Shown: positions 56,454 to 64,000 of the stretch, one piece after another
Position numbering within the stretch: the first letter of the stretch is position 1
Layout of the letters: the number at the start of each line of letters is the position of its first letter
Assembly (NCBI GenBank): GCA_040772485.1
Contig: JAXGYC010000010.1
Coordinates: forward strand, 256,001 to 320,000
Direction of reading: 5' to 3'
From: Sedimentisphaerales bacterium
Lineage (GTDB): Bacteria > Planctomycetota > Phycisphaerae > Sedimentisphaerales > Anaerobacaceae
Length of the DNA: 64,000 nucleotides
Position numbers and translations under genes: made by a program
Notes under the pieces: generated by a model
The model's database searches: none
Told to the model about the DNA's origin: nothing
Seen by the model: the letters and a program-made list of their open reading frames with translations, nothing else

Positions 56454-59258
56454 ATGAGGAGCATCAGCCGAACAATGCCTACAGCAGCCGTGGTTCTGGC
56501 ACTTTGGGCGTGCAGTATCTGGACTGGCTTTTCGATGGCTCAGGACATTCCCCTGCCGGAGCATCCGCGGCCCGACTTCCAGCGGTCGCAGTGGGTGAAT
56601 CTCAACGGCGTCTGGGACTTCCGCTTCGACAAAGAGGACGCGGGACAGAACGACAACTGGGCGTCCGGCAAGACGGAGTTTCCGCTCTCGATCAGCGTGC
56701 CGTTCCCGTGGGGTTCGGAGCTGTCCGGCGTGGAGAGCGAGGCGGACATCGCCTGGTACAAGCGGACGATCCGCGTGCCGGCCGAATGGAAAGGCAGCCG
56801 GGTCTTCGTGGTGGTCGGCGCCTGCGACTGGCTGACGACCGGATGGCTCGATGGTCAGAAGGTCGGCAATTTCCGGGGCGGATACACCCCCTTCGAATTC
56901 GAGCTGACCGAGCAGGTCAAGTGGGGCCAGGAGCAGGTCCTCGTGCTGCGCGTCGACGACACGCCCCACCGATTCAAGCTCGAAGGCAAGCAGGGCTACG
57001 GCCCGGCCAAGGGCATCTGGCAGACGATCTACCTCGAGGCCCGGCCCAAGGTCGCGCTGGAGACGGTGCAGTTCCTGCCGGACATCGACGCCGGGAAGGT
57101 CACCGTCAAGGCGACGCTGAATCAGCCCGCGCCTGAGGCCATGCACTTCGCGATCCAGTTCAAGCCCGAGGACCGTTCCGGCGCCGTCCAGGCCACCGTC
57201 GCCAAGGGCGGCAAAGACATCGAGCTGGAAATCCCCATGAAGCCGATGCGGCTCTGGTCGCTGGAAGACCCATACCTGTATGAGGTCAGAGCCATCCTGT
57301 CGGGCGCGGGAGCCGAAGACGTCGTCTCGACCTACTTCGGGATGCGGAAGATCAGCGTGACCAGGCTCCCCGGCACGGACTTCCCCTACATCGCGCTGAA
57401 CAACAAGCCCGTCTACCTGAAGCTGACGCTGGACCAGGCGTATCATCCCGAGGGCTTCTACACATTCCCGAGCGACGCGTTCATGCGCGACGAAATCCTG
57501 CGGTCGCGTCAGATCGGGCTCAACGGCCAGCGGATTCACGTCAAGATCGGCATCCCGCGCAAGCTCTACTGGGCGGACAAGCTGGGCGTGCTGATCATGG
57601 CGGACGTGCCGAACAGTTGGGGCCAGCCCGATGCGGACATGCGCAACGAGGCAGAAGTAGCCCTTCGCGGCATGATCAAACGCGACTTCAATCATCCAAG
57701 CGTTTTTAGTTGGGTGACTTTCAACGAGACGTGGGGGCTGCGGTCGGGCGACCAGGGTTACACCCCCGAAACCCAGGAATGGGTGGCCTCGATGGTTCGC
57801 TTGGCCAAGCAGCTCGACCCGACGCGGCTGGTGGAAGACAACTCGCCCTGCAATCTCGACCATGTCCTGACAGACATCAATAGCTGGCACGCCTATCTGC
57901 CCGGCTACAAATGGACCGAGCACCTCGACCAGGTCTGCCGCGACACGCACGAAGGCTCGACGTGGAACTACATCGGCGGCCGCAAGCAAGGGACCGAGCC
58001 TCTGCTCAACAGCGAGTGCGGCAACGTCTGGGGCTACGAGGGCAGCACCGGCGACGTGGACTGGAGCTGGGACTATCACGTCATGATGAACGCGTTCCGG
58101 CGGCATCCGCAAATCTGCGGCTGGCTCTACACCGAGCACCACGACGTGATCAACGAATGGAACGGATACTGGCGATTTGACCGCTCGCAGAAGTTCACCG
58201 GCATAGAGGAGTTGATGCCGGGCATGAGTCTGCGCGACCTCCATGGCGATTTCTACGTCGCGATGGGCGAAGAGCTGTGCCAGGAGGTCAAGCCGGGTTC
58301 GAGCGTGGAGGTTCCGCTGTATGTCTCGTTCCTGACCGATACGCATGCGGGCCAAGCCATAGTCCTGCGCGGCACCCTGCGGGGCTGGGACAGCCTCGGC
58401 CGCGAGCGCAACTTCGGACGCGTCCAGCGACGCAACATCCCCTATCAGGCGTGGCAGTGCGGGGCTATCGAGCCGCTGGAAGTGATGATGCCCGACGAGC
58501 CGGCAGTGGTCGTGCTGGCGGTTCAGGTCGAGGATCGGTCCGGCGTCGTGCTCGGACGCAACTTCACCACGTTCGCGGTGCGCGACGGCGCCCAGCCGCG
58601 ACAGGAGACACTGACGCGGGGCAACCGCACGGTGAAGGTCGTGCGTATCGCGCCCAAGAGCTTCGCCAAGGCCGAATGGCCCGTCAAACAATGGAATGTG
58701 TTCGACGGGCTCAAAGTCAATGGAGCGGGCGCCGGCTATTTCGAGTACCAGGTGTCCTGGCCTGACAATCTCGAGGTCGATGAGATCGACACCGCCAGTT
58801 TCCGGGCGGAGATCTCGGCCAAGCAGCTCTTCGGCAAGGACAAGGAAGGCGCCGGCAGGCAGGAAGGCGACTACATGCGAGGCAAAGGCACGCACGATCC
58901 CAGCCTGAACCCGAATTCGTATCCGATGACGGACGAAACCGTGTATCCCAGCGCGATCCGCATCCGGATCGGTGGCGAGGTAGTCGCGACGGTCGATCTG
59001 CCCGACGATCCGGCCGATCATCGCGGAATCCTCTCCTGGCTTGCGCAGAAGCGCGACGGCAAGCTCAACGAGGCCGGCTCGTACGGGTACCTCGTCAGCG
59101 CCGAGATTCCCCAACGCGTCCTCCGCAAGGCCGCCGAGGAAGGCAAGATTGTGATCCGCCTGGAAGCCGATGAGGCCCTTGCGGGCGGGATTGCCATCTA
59201 CGGCGAGCAGTTCGGGCGCTATCCGCTCGATCCGATGCTGGCCTTCGTTCTGAAGTAG
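56454..59258 (+). CDS. Secreted glycoside hydrolase family 2
   Basis: Signal peptide; EHPRPDFQR..W.NLNG.W, GIWQTIYLE, LWSLEDPYLY, RDFNHPSVFSWVTFNETWG, LNSECG. Confidence 0.92.
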   Translation: MRSISRTMPTAAVVLALWACSIWTGFSMAQDIPLPEHPRPDFQRSQWVNLNGVWDFRFDKEDAGQNDNWASGKTEFPLSISVPFPWGSELSGVESEADIAWYKRTIRVPAEWKGSRVFVVVGACDWLTTGWLDGQKVGNFRGGYTPFEFELTEQVKWGQEQVLVLRVDDTPHRFKLEGKQGYGPAKGIWQTIYLEARPKVALETVQFLPDIDAGKVTVKATLNQPAPEAMHFAIQFKPEDRSGAVQATVAKGGKDIELEIPMKPMRLWSLEDPYLYEVRAILSGAGAEDVVSTYFGMRKISVTRLPGTDFPYIALNNKPVYLKLTLDQAYHPEGFYTFPSDAFMRDEILRSRQIGLNGQRIHVKIGIPRKLYWADKLGVLIMADVPNSWGQPDADMRNEAEVALRGMIKRDFNHPSVFSWVTFNETWGLRSGDQGYTPETQEWVASMVRLAKQLDPTRLVEDNSPCNLDHVLTDINSWHAYLPGYKWTEHLDQVCRDTHEGSTWNYIGGRKQGTEPLLNSECGNVWGYEGSTGDVDWSWDYHVMMNAFRRHPQICGWLYTEHHDVINEWNGYWRFDRSQKFTGIEELMPGMSLRDLHGDFYVAMGEELCQEVKPGSSVEVPLYVSFLTDTHAGQAIVLRGTLRGWDSLGRERNFGRVQRRNIPYQAWQCGAIEPLEVMMPDEPAVVVLAVQVEDRSGVVLGRNFTTFAVRDGAQPRQETLTRGNRTVKVVRIAPKSFAKAEWPVKQWNVFDGLKVNGAGAGYFEYQVSWPDNLEVDEIDTASFRAEISAKQLFGKDKEGAGRQEGDYMRGKGTHDPSLNPNSYPMTDETVYPSAIRIRIGGEVVATVDLPDDPADHRGILSWLAQKRDGKLNEAGSYGYLVSAEIPQRVLRKAAEEGKIVIRLEADEALAGGIAIYGEQFGRYPLDPMLAFVLK

Positions 59259-59287
59259 ATCGATGCCAATGTGACCCGGTGCGTTTT

Positions 59288-59317
59288 CGGAGGCCGCGCA
59301 TCCAGACGCGGCCTCCG
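59288..59317. other. Intergenic stem-loop between the GH2 and SGNH genes
   Basis: CGGAGGCCGCG-N8-CGCGGCCTCCG, a perfect 11-bp stem. Confidence 0.6.
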
Positions 59318-59346
59318 TCTCATAGGACGAAAGAGAAAGGCACTCC

Positions 59347-60630
59347 ATGAGAATCGTTCGCGTCGCCCTGCTGTTCTGCACGTGCATCAGCCTGCAAGGT
59401 TTGGGCGCCGAGCTGCCGTTGGCGCCGGCGGTCGAATGCCACCCTCGTAGCGGTCTGCCCAACGTACTGGCGAAGCTCCAGGCGGGCCGGGAGGTGCGAA
59501 TCGCGTACCTCGGCGGAAGCATCACCGCGCAGGCGGGCTGGCGACCCAAGACGCTGGCGTGGTTTGCCGAGCAGTTCCCCCAGGCCAGGGTCAGCGAGAT
59601 CAACGCCGCCATCGGCGGGACCGGCTCGGACCTCGGCGTCTTTCGCCTCGAACACGATGTGCTGGCCCACAGGCCCGACCTGTTGTTCGTCGAGTTCGCG
59701 GTCAACGACGGCGGCGCGCCGCCCGAGCAGATCTATCGCTGCATGGAAGGCATCGTCCGCCAGACCTGGAGGAACAACCCGACCACGGACATCTGCTTCG
59801 TCTACACCCTGGCCGGCAACATGCTACAGACGCTCCAGGAAGGCACGTTCCCTCGCTCGGCCAGCGCGATGGAGAAGATCGCCGAGCACTACGCCATCCC
59901 CTCGATCCACATGGGCCTGGAGGTGGCGCGACTGGAGAAGGAAGGCAAACTGATCTTTCAAGGCCCCCAACCTGCGACCGAACAGGAGAAGGCGGCCTTG
60001 GGCGAGAAGATTCTGTTTTCGCCCGACGCGGTCCACCCTTACACCGACACGGGGCACCAGCTCTATCTCGACGCGGTCGTCCGCTCGATGGCAGAAATTC
60101 CGCAAGCGGGCAAACCCGGGCCGCACACGCTGGGCGACCCGTTCGTCCCCGACAACTGGGAGAAGGCCAGAATGGTCCCCTTGAGCCGGGCCAGACTCAG
60201 CGAGGGCTGGAAGAAGCTGGACCCCCAGACCGACACGATCGCCAAGCGATTCGGCGACAGGTTGCCGGAGGTGTGGAAGGCCGACCAGCCCGGCGAATCG
60301 ATTCGGTTCCGCATTCGCGGCAGCGTCGTCCGCATCTACGACCTGGTGGGTCCCAACTGCGGGCAGGTCTCGATCCAGGTGGACGATCAACCAGCCTATG
60401 TGCAACCGCGCTTCGACGCCTATTGCACCTACCACCGGCTCAGTTGCCTGACCGTTGGCAAAGCCATGGATGCGGGTGAACACGGGATCACTCTCACGAT
60501 CCATCCCGAGCAGCCGGACAAGGCCAAGATACTCAGCCAGCGAAACGAAACCATGGACGACCCGAAACGTTTCGACGGAACGGCCTGGTACGCCGGCGCG
60601 ATCCTGATCCTCGGCGACTTCCTGGACTGA
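59347..60630 (+). CDS. Secreted SGNH/GDSL hydrolase
   Basis: IAYLGGSIT, NAAIGGTGS, FVEFAVND, DAVHP. Confidence 0.92.
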   Translation: MRIVRVALLFCTCISLQGLGAELPLAPAVECHPRSGLPNVLAKLQAGREVRIAYLGGSITAQAGWRPKTLAWFAEQFPQARVSEINAAIGGTGSDLGVFRLEHDVLAHRPDLLFVEFAVNDGGAPPEQIYRCMEGIVRQTWRNNPTTDICFVYTLAGNMLQTLQEGTFPRSASAMEKIAEHYAIPSIHMGLEVARLEKEGKLIFQGPQPATEQEKAALGEKILFSPDAVHPYTDTGHQLYLDAVVRSMAEIPQAGKPGPHTLGDPFVPDNWEKARMVPLSRARLSEGWKKLDPQTDTIAKRFGDRLPEVWKADQPGESIRFRIRGSVVRIYDLVGPNCGQVSIQVDDQPAYVQPRFDAYCTYHRLSCLTVGKAMDAGEHGITLTIHPEQPDKAKILSQRNETMDDPKRFDGTAWYAGAILILGDFLD

Positions 60631-60659
60631 TCCGTACGCTGCAGAGCACAGGAGCAAAC

Positions 60660-61960
60660 ATGACACGTGACCAGATGAGTCGACGTCAGTTCATCAAGGC
60701 CGGCGCAGGTCTTGTCGCAGGCCCGATGCTGGCAGTGCGTGGTTCATCACACGACCCACAGGCAAACTGGCTGAGACTGCATCGAGACCCGGTTTATGGG
60801 ATGATCTCGGGCGGGCCCGATCTGGACCACATTCTCTCGCTGTTTCCCCGTCCGCAAGGTGAGGCCGCCTTCGACGCGGCAGCGATCGCGGAGAACATCG
60901 AAGCTCCGCACCCGTCCGGCGATCGACACGAGGACATCCCTTCCTCGACCTGTCCGTCAAGACCGCCCTGGCCCACATCGTACCGACGTTCAGGGCGACC
61001 ATCCCAAGTACGGCGTCGGCACGTACGCGTACCGAACACGACGGGTTCCCGCCGACGATCATCGCAGCAGTCGACGCCCTGTCGGCGTGGGGCGTGGACA
61101 GCGCCCGCCGACTGTTCGGCTACTGGCTGGACCGCTTCGTGCGAGAGGATGGATATGGTAATGGCCCATCGCAAGCGAGTACAGCCAATTATCCCCCTGC
61201 TGGCCGCCGCTGGAAGACGGTCGGCACGGCGGGCTGGTGGTCCGGTGGATTCAGTTCTGGATGCGCCATTGCCGAGTACCTGCTCCGGCTTCCCGCGCGC
61301 CGGCGAGGAAAAGGAGGATGGATTGATTTCCGGGTCTCCCGAAACCGACACGCGTGAAGGACGTCGAAGCAAGTAGCACACATGCTGGATGGGTCGTCAA
61401 GGCTTCGGCGATGGGCTGACCTGTGCGAACGGCGAAGGCTTCTCCCTCCACCTCTGCCTCGACCGCTCGGCAGGTCGCTGGCGGACTGGCCGGGGACACT
61501 CTCGAAGCTGTCACCCAGGACGTGGCCTGCACCGACCCCATGGATTTCTGGCTGCCGGCGGTGAAGACATCGGAGCGGCCGACCTCTCTGACCGCGACCA
61601 TCGAAGCCTCGTACACAAACTACCGCTATTGGCCGGAACTGCTGTCGAGCGGCCTGCTGCCTGCCGAGATGGCCCGTCGGATCGTCGACGCTCGTCTGTC
61701 GGGAGGCGGTCAGTTCTGCGGGATGACGCGATTCGCCGACCACCTGGACGACTGGCCTCTGGCGGATCACCTGACCTGCCGGTCTCCAGGTGCGCAAGGA
61801 CGACTTCTGCTGATCTCTATGGGCGTCGCCTATCACCAAGGTTGATGGCCATCTGACCGCCTACGAACAGATCTCCTTTCCGCCGGGCAAGCGGGTCGCC
61901 GACTACTGCCTGCCCTGCCAACTCGTGGCCGCCCGCGCCGCTCGCCTGCTGGTCCAATAG
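60660..61960 (+). pseudogene. Multiply frameshifted Tat-exported protein remnant
   Basis: SRRQFIK Tat motif, then protein-like GC3-rich fragments in different frames: FLDLSVKTALAHI / GDHPKYGVGTY / EHDGFPPTIIAAVDALSAWG..LFGYWLDRFVREDG / SYTNYRYWPELLSSGLL..HLDDWPL / GHLTAYEQISFPPGKRVADYCLPCQLVAARAARLLVQ*. Confidence 0.75.
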
Positions 61961-62034
61961 ACGCACGAGCCACAGGAGCAAGACGTCCTGCGATCGATTG
62001 AGAGAACAAGAACATGAGCCAAGGGAGGCGTACT

Positions 62035-62637
62035 ATGAACAAGGCGATCATGTGTCTGCTGTCGCTATCACTTGCGATGGTGTGTTCCTCCTGCAAGCAG
62101 AAGGCCCCGCAGACGGCAGAACCCCCCTCCGCCTCGGCCAGTCCGGTCTACCAATTCGAGTTGAACGATATCGACGGGGTCCCTGTGAAACTGGAGGCCT
62201 ACCGCGGCAAGGTGCTGCTGCTGGTCAACGTCGCCAGCAAGTGCGGCTATACGCCTCAATACGCGGGTCTGGAACAGCTCTACCAGAGGTATCGGACCGA
62301 GGGGCTGGTCGTGCTGGGCTTTCCCGCCAACAACTTCGGCTCCCAGGAGCCGGGCACCGAAGACGAAATCAAGGCGTTCTGCACCACGAACTACCACGTC
62401 ACCTTCCCCATGTTCGCCAAGATCTCCGTCAAGGGCGACGACATCCACCCCCTCTACAAATTCCTGACGGAGGCGGCCCCGACGCAGAGCGGCAGTGCCG
62501 GACCGGTCACGTGGAACTTCAACAAGTTCCTGATCGGGCGCGACGGCAGCGTGGTCGGCCGGTATGATTCGAAGGTCGAGCCGCTCAGTCCTGAGCTTAC
62601 GGATGAAATCACGAAAGCGCTCGCGGAGGCGAGCTGA
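62035..62637 (+). CDS. Glutathione peroxidase family protein (Cys type), putative lipoprotein
   Basis: LLVNVASKCGYT.QY, LGFPANNFGSQEPG, WNFNKFLI; lipobox-like VCSSC; GGAGG RBS. Confidence 0.93.
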   Translation: MNKAIMCLLSLSLAMVCSSCKQKAPQTAEPPSASASPVYQFELNDIDGVPVKLEAYRGKVLLLVNVASKCGYTPQYAGLEQLYQRYRTEGLVVLGFPANNFGSQEPGTEDEIKAFCTTNYHVTFPMFAKISVKGDDIHPLYKFLTEAAPTQSGSAGPVTWNFNKFLIGRDGSVVGRYDSKVEPLSPELTDEITKALAEAS

Positions 62638-62663
62638 TGGAAGTGAATCGCGCAACCCTTGCG

Positions 62664-62735
62664 TTAATCCCTGCCGTAGGCAAGGAGAACCGTCAGAAGC
62701 ACCGCGATTTCCAGAATAATCAGCACGAGGTTCAT
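62664..62735 (-). CDS. Unannotated 23-aa hydrophobic peptide MNLVLIILEIAVLLTVLLAYGRD
   Basis: Manual translation; AAGGA RBS 7 nt upstream of the ATG; single-TM composition; small hairpin right after the TAA. Confidence 0.55.
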   Translation of the reverse strand: MNLVLIILEIAVLLTVLLAYGRD

Positions 62736-62820
62736 AGCCACGTCCTTGATTGGAGTTCTTCAGCCGTAGCTATAAGGCACAGCACACCGCATGAGTAACA
62801 GTCGCGAAGGAATTCACACC

Positions 62821-64000
62821 CTACTCATCAAGGAGTTCTACGATCCGCTCTCGCAGATTGTTCTCCCTTGGCTCGCAGAATCGAACGATACCCTTCTTGT
62901 CGATCAGGAAAGAGACCGGCCGCTCGTGGACCTGGTACAACCAGTGTGTCGCTCCGGCTGTCACGCCGGGGGGCCGCCCCGGGGGCATCAGGTCGGCCAC
63001 CAGATCGGGGTCCGAGTCGAGGACCCCGGCGATGGGCGCCCCTTCGAAGAGGCTTGTCAGGTGGGTCGTGACAAGATCCGCCGCCACGGGACTGGCGCCG
63101 GGCAGATGGTCGTAGATCGCAATGACCAGCAAGCCGTTCGGGCCGAACTCCGTCAGCAGGCTGCGGATCGTCGCCAAACCCGGATCGCGGTCCATCGTGA
63201 AGTTGCGGAACGTCAGCAGCACGACCCGGCCCCGGACCTCTTTGAGGGTGATCGGCGTGTGATTGAACCACGTGTCGGCAACCAATGGAGGCGCTTCCTG
63301 GCCCAGGGCGCCCCACCCCTGGGGGACAACCTGGAAATCACAGGCGTAGTCGTCGGCAATAGTCGTCCGAGACCATGTGCCGTAGGAAGGCACGTCGATC
63401 GTGATGGTAATGGACCGATCGGTTGGCATGTCCGTCAGCGTATAGCAGCCGTCTGCGTCAGTGACGAGGTTCTGGCTGGCCCGTCCTATTCCCACCTTGA
63501 TGGCGCGATGGGCCACCGGCGAATCCTGCTCGTCCGTAATCCTCCCCCGAACGATGCCCGAGCCCGGCTGGCTGCCGGTCAGCACAATCTCTCCGGCGTC
63601 GGCGACGTCGGCTGCCTTCAGATCGAGAGACGCCGAACGGCCGCTGAGCGTGCCAAGGAAGGCCATGGCTCTGACCCTTGGCCCCACCGAGACGCTCAGC
63701 AACTGGAAGTATCCGTCGTCATCGGTGGTCGCGGCAAGGAGCGAGTCTGGCAGCCCGCTCCAGCGGTTGTCGAGCATCAGGGTCTCCAGGCTCACGCGGG
63801 CGCCGGACACAGGTTTGCGATCCACGCCAATGGCGCGACCGACAATCGTTGCGCCAGGCTCCAGAATGAGCGAGATTTCAGTATTCTGAGCATCCTTGCG
63901 CCAGATGAACCGTCGGCCGAGCAGACCCGATGCATCACAGGCGCTGCCAAGCAGACCACCCGGCGGCTGCAACGTCGGCTCCGGGAGAGAGAACCGCGCC
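62821..64000 (-). CDS. 3' part of a large protein with carboxypeptidase-regulatory-like (transthyretin-like) repeats and a C-terminal redoxin (TlpA-like) domain
   Basis: IVGR..G.D.KPVSGA.V, TDDDGYF, TDADGCY; GQEAPPL..W.N..ITL..VRGRVVLLTF...FLIDKKGIVR; frame open to the window edge. Confidence 0.8.
   Translation of the reverse strand, partial: ARFSLPEPTLQPPGGLLGSACDASGLLGRRFIWRKDAQNTEISLILEPGATIVGRAIGVDRKPVSGARVSLETLMLDNRWSGLPDSLLAATTDDDGYFQLLSVSVGPRVRAMAFLGTLSGRSASLDLKAADVADAGEIVLTGSQPGSGIVRGRITDEQDSPVAHRAIKVGIGRASQNLVTDADGCYTLTDMPTDRSITITIDVPSYGTWSRTTIADDYACDFQVVPQGWGALGQEAPPLVADTWFNHTPITLKEVRGRVVLLTFRNFTMDRDPGLATIRSLLTEFGPNGLLVIAIYDHLPGASPVAADLVTTHLTSLFEGAPIAGVLDSDPDLVADLMPPGRPPGVTAGATHWLYQVHERPVSFLIDKKGIVRFCEPRENNLRERIVELLDE

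Noticed and set aside
1..64000. tRNA, rRNA, IS, integrase or prophage
   Set aside because: No such motifs were recognised by eye. A covariance-model search would be needed to exclude small ncRNAs.

Overview
GC-rich bacterial chromosomal window. The gene content (DUF1559/H-X9-DG-like pilin tail, AroD-AroE fusion, Rhodopirellula-type ECF/FecR pair, LRR protein, expanded LamG/discoidin proteins) suggests Planctomycetota, possibly Phycisphaerae/Sedimentisphaerales; this assignment is inference. About 50 CDS are present. They cover RND efflux, glycan enzymes (GH16, GH57, GH2, PL8, SGNH, DUF1080), a sugar ABC transporter, housekeeping genes (aroD-aroE, aroB, ribBA, pdxJ, dapA, pepF) and an MNT-HEPN pair whose HEPN gene carries an in-frame TGA. 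No rRNA, tRNA, CRISPR array, transposase or reverse transcriptase was seen. Six observations stand out. (1) Four ~940-980 aa secreted paralogues share a conserved core but have swapped terminal or inserted modules; they sit around an ECF sigma/FecR-NPCBM pair, and two share a ~700-nt, ~95% identical cassette. (2) An archaeal-type AroA'-like aldolase sits directly behind a canonical AroB. (3) Several hairpins built from 7-bp tandem repeats lie in gene leaders, and a 3x7-bp array is inserted in-frame in aroE. (4) There is an unannotated 23-aa Ibs-like hydrophobic peptide. (5) The HEPN gene is interrupted by a nonsense codon. (6) A Tat-exported gene is broken by multiple frameshifts. Start codons were chosen by eye from RBS and signal-peptide context. 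Family calls come from motif recognition, not database searches.
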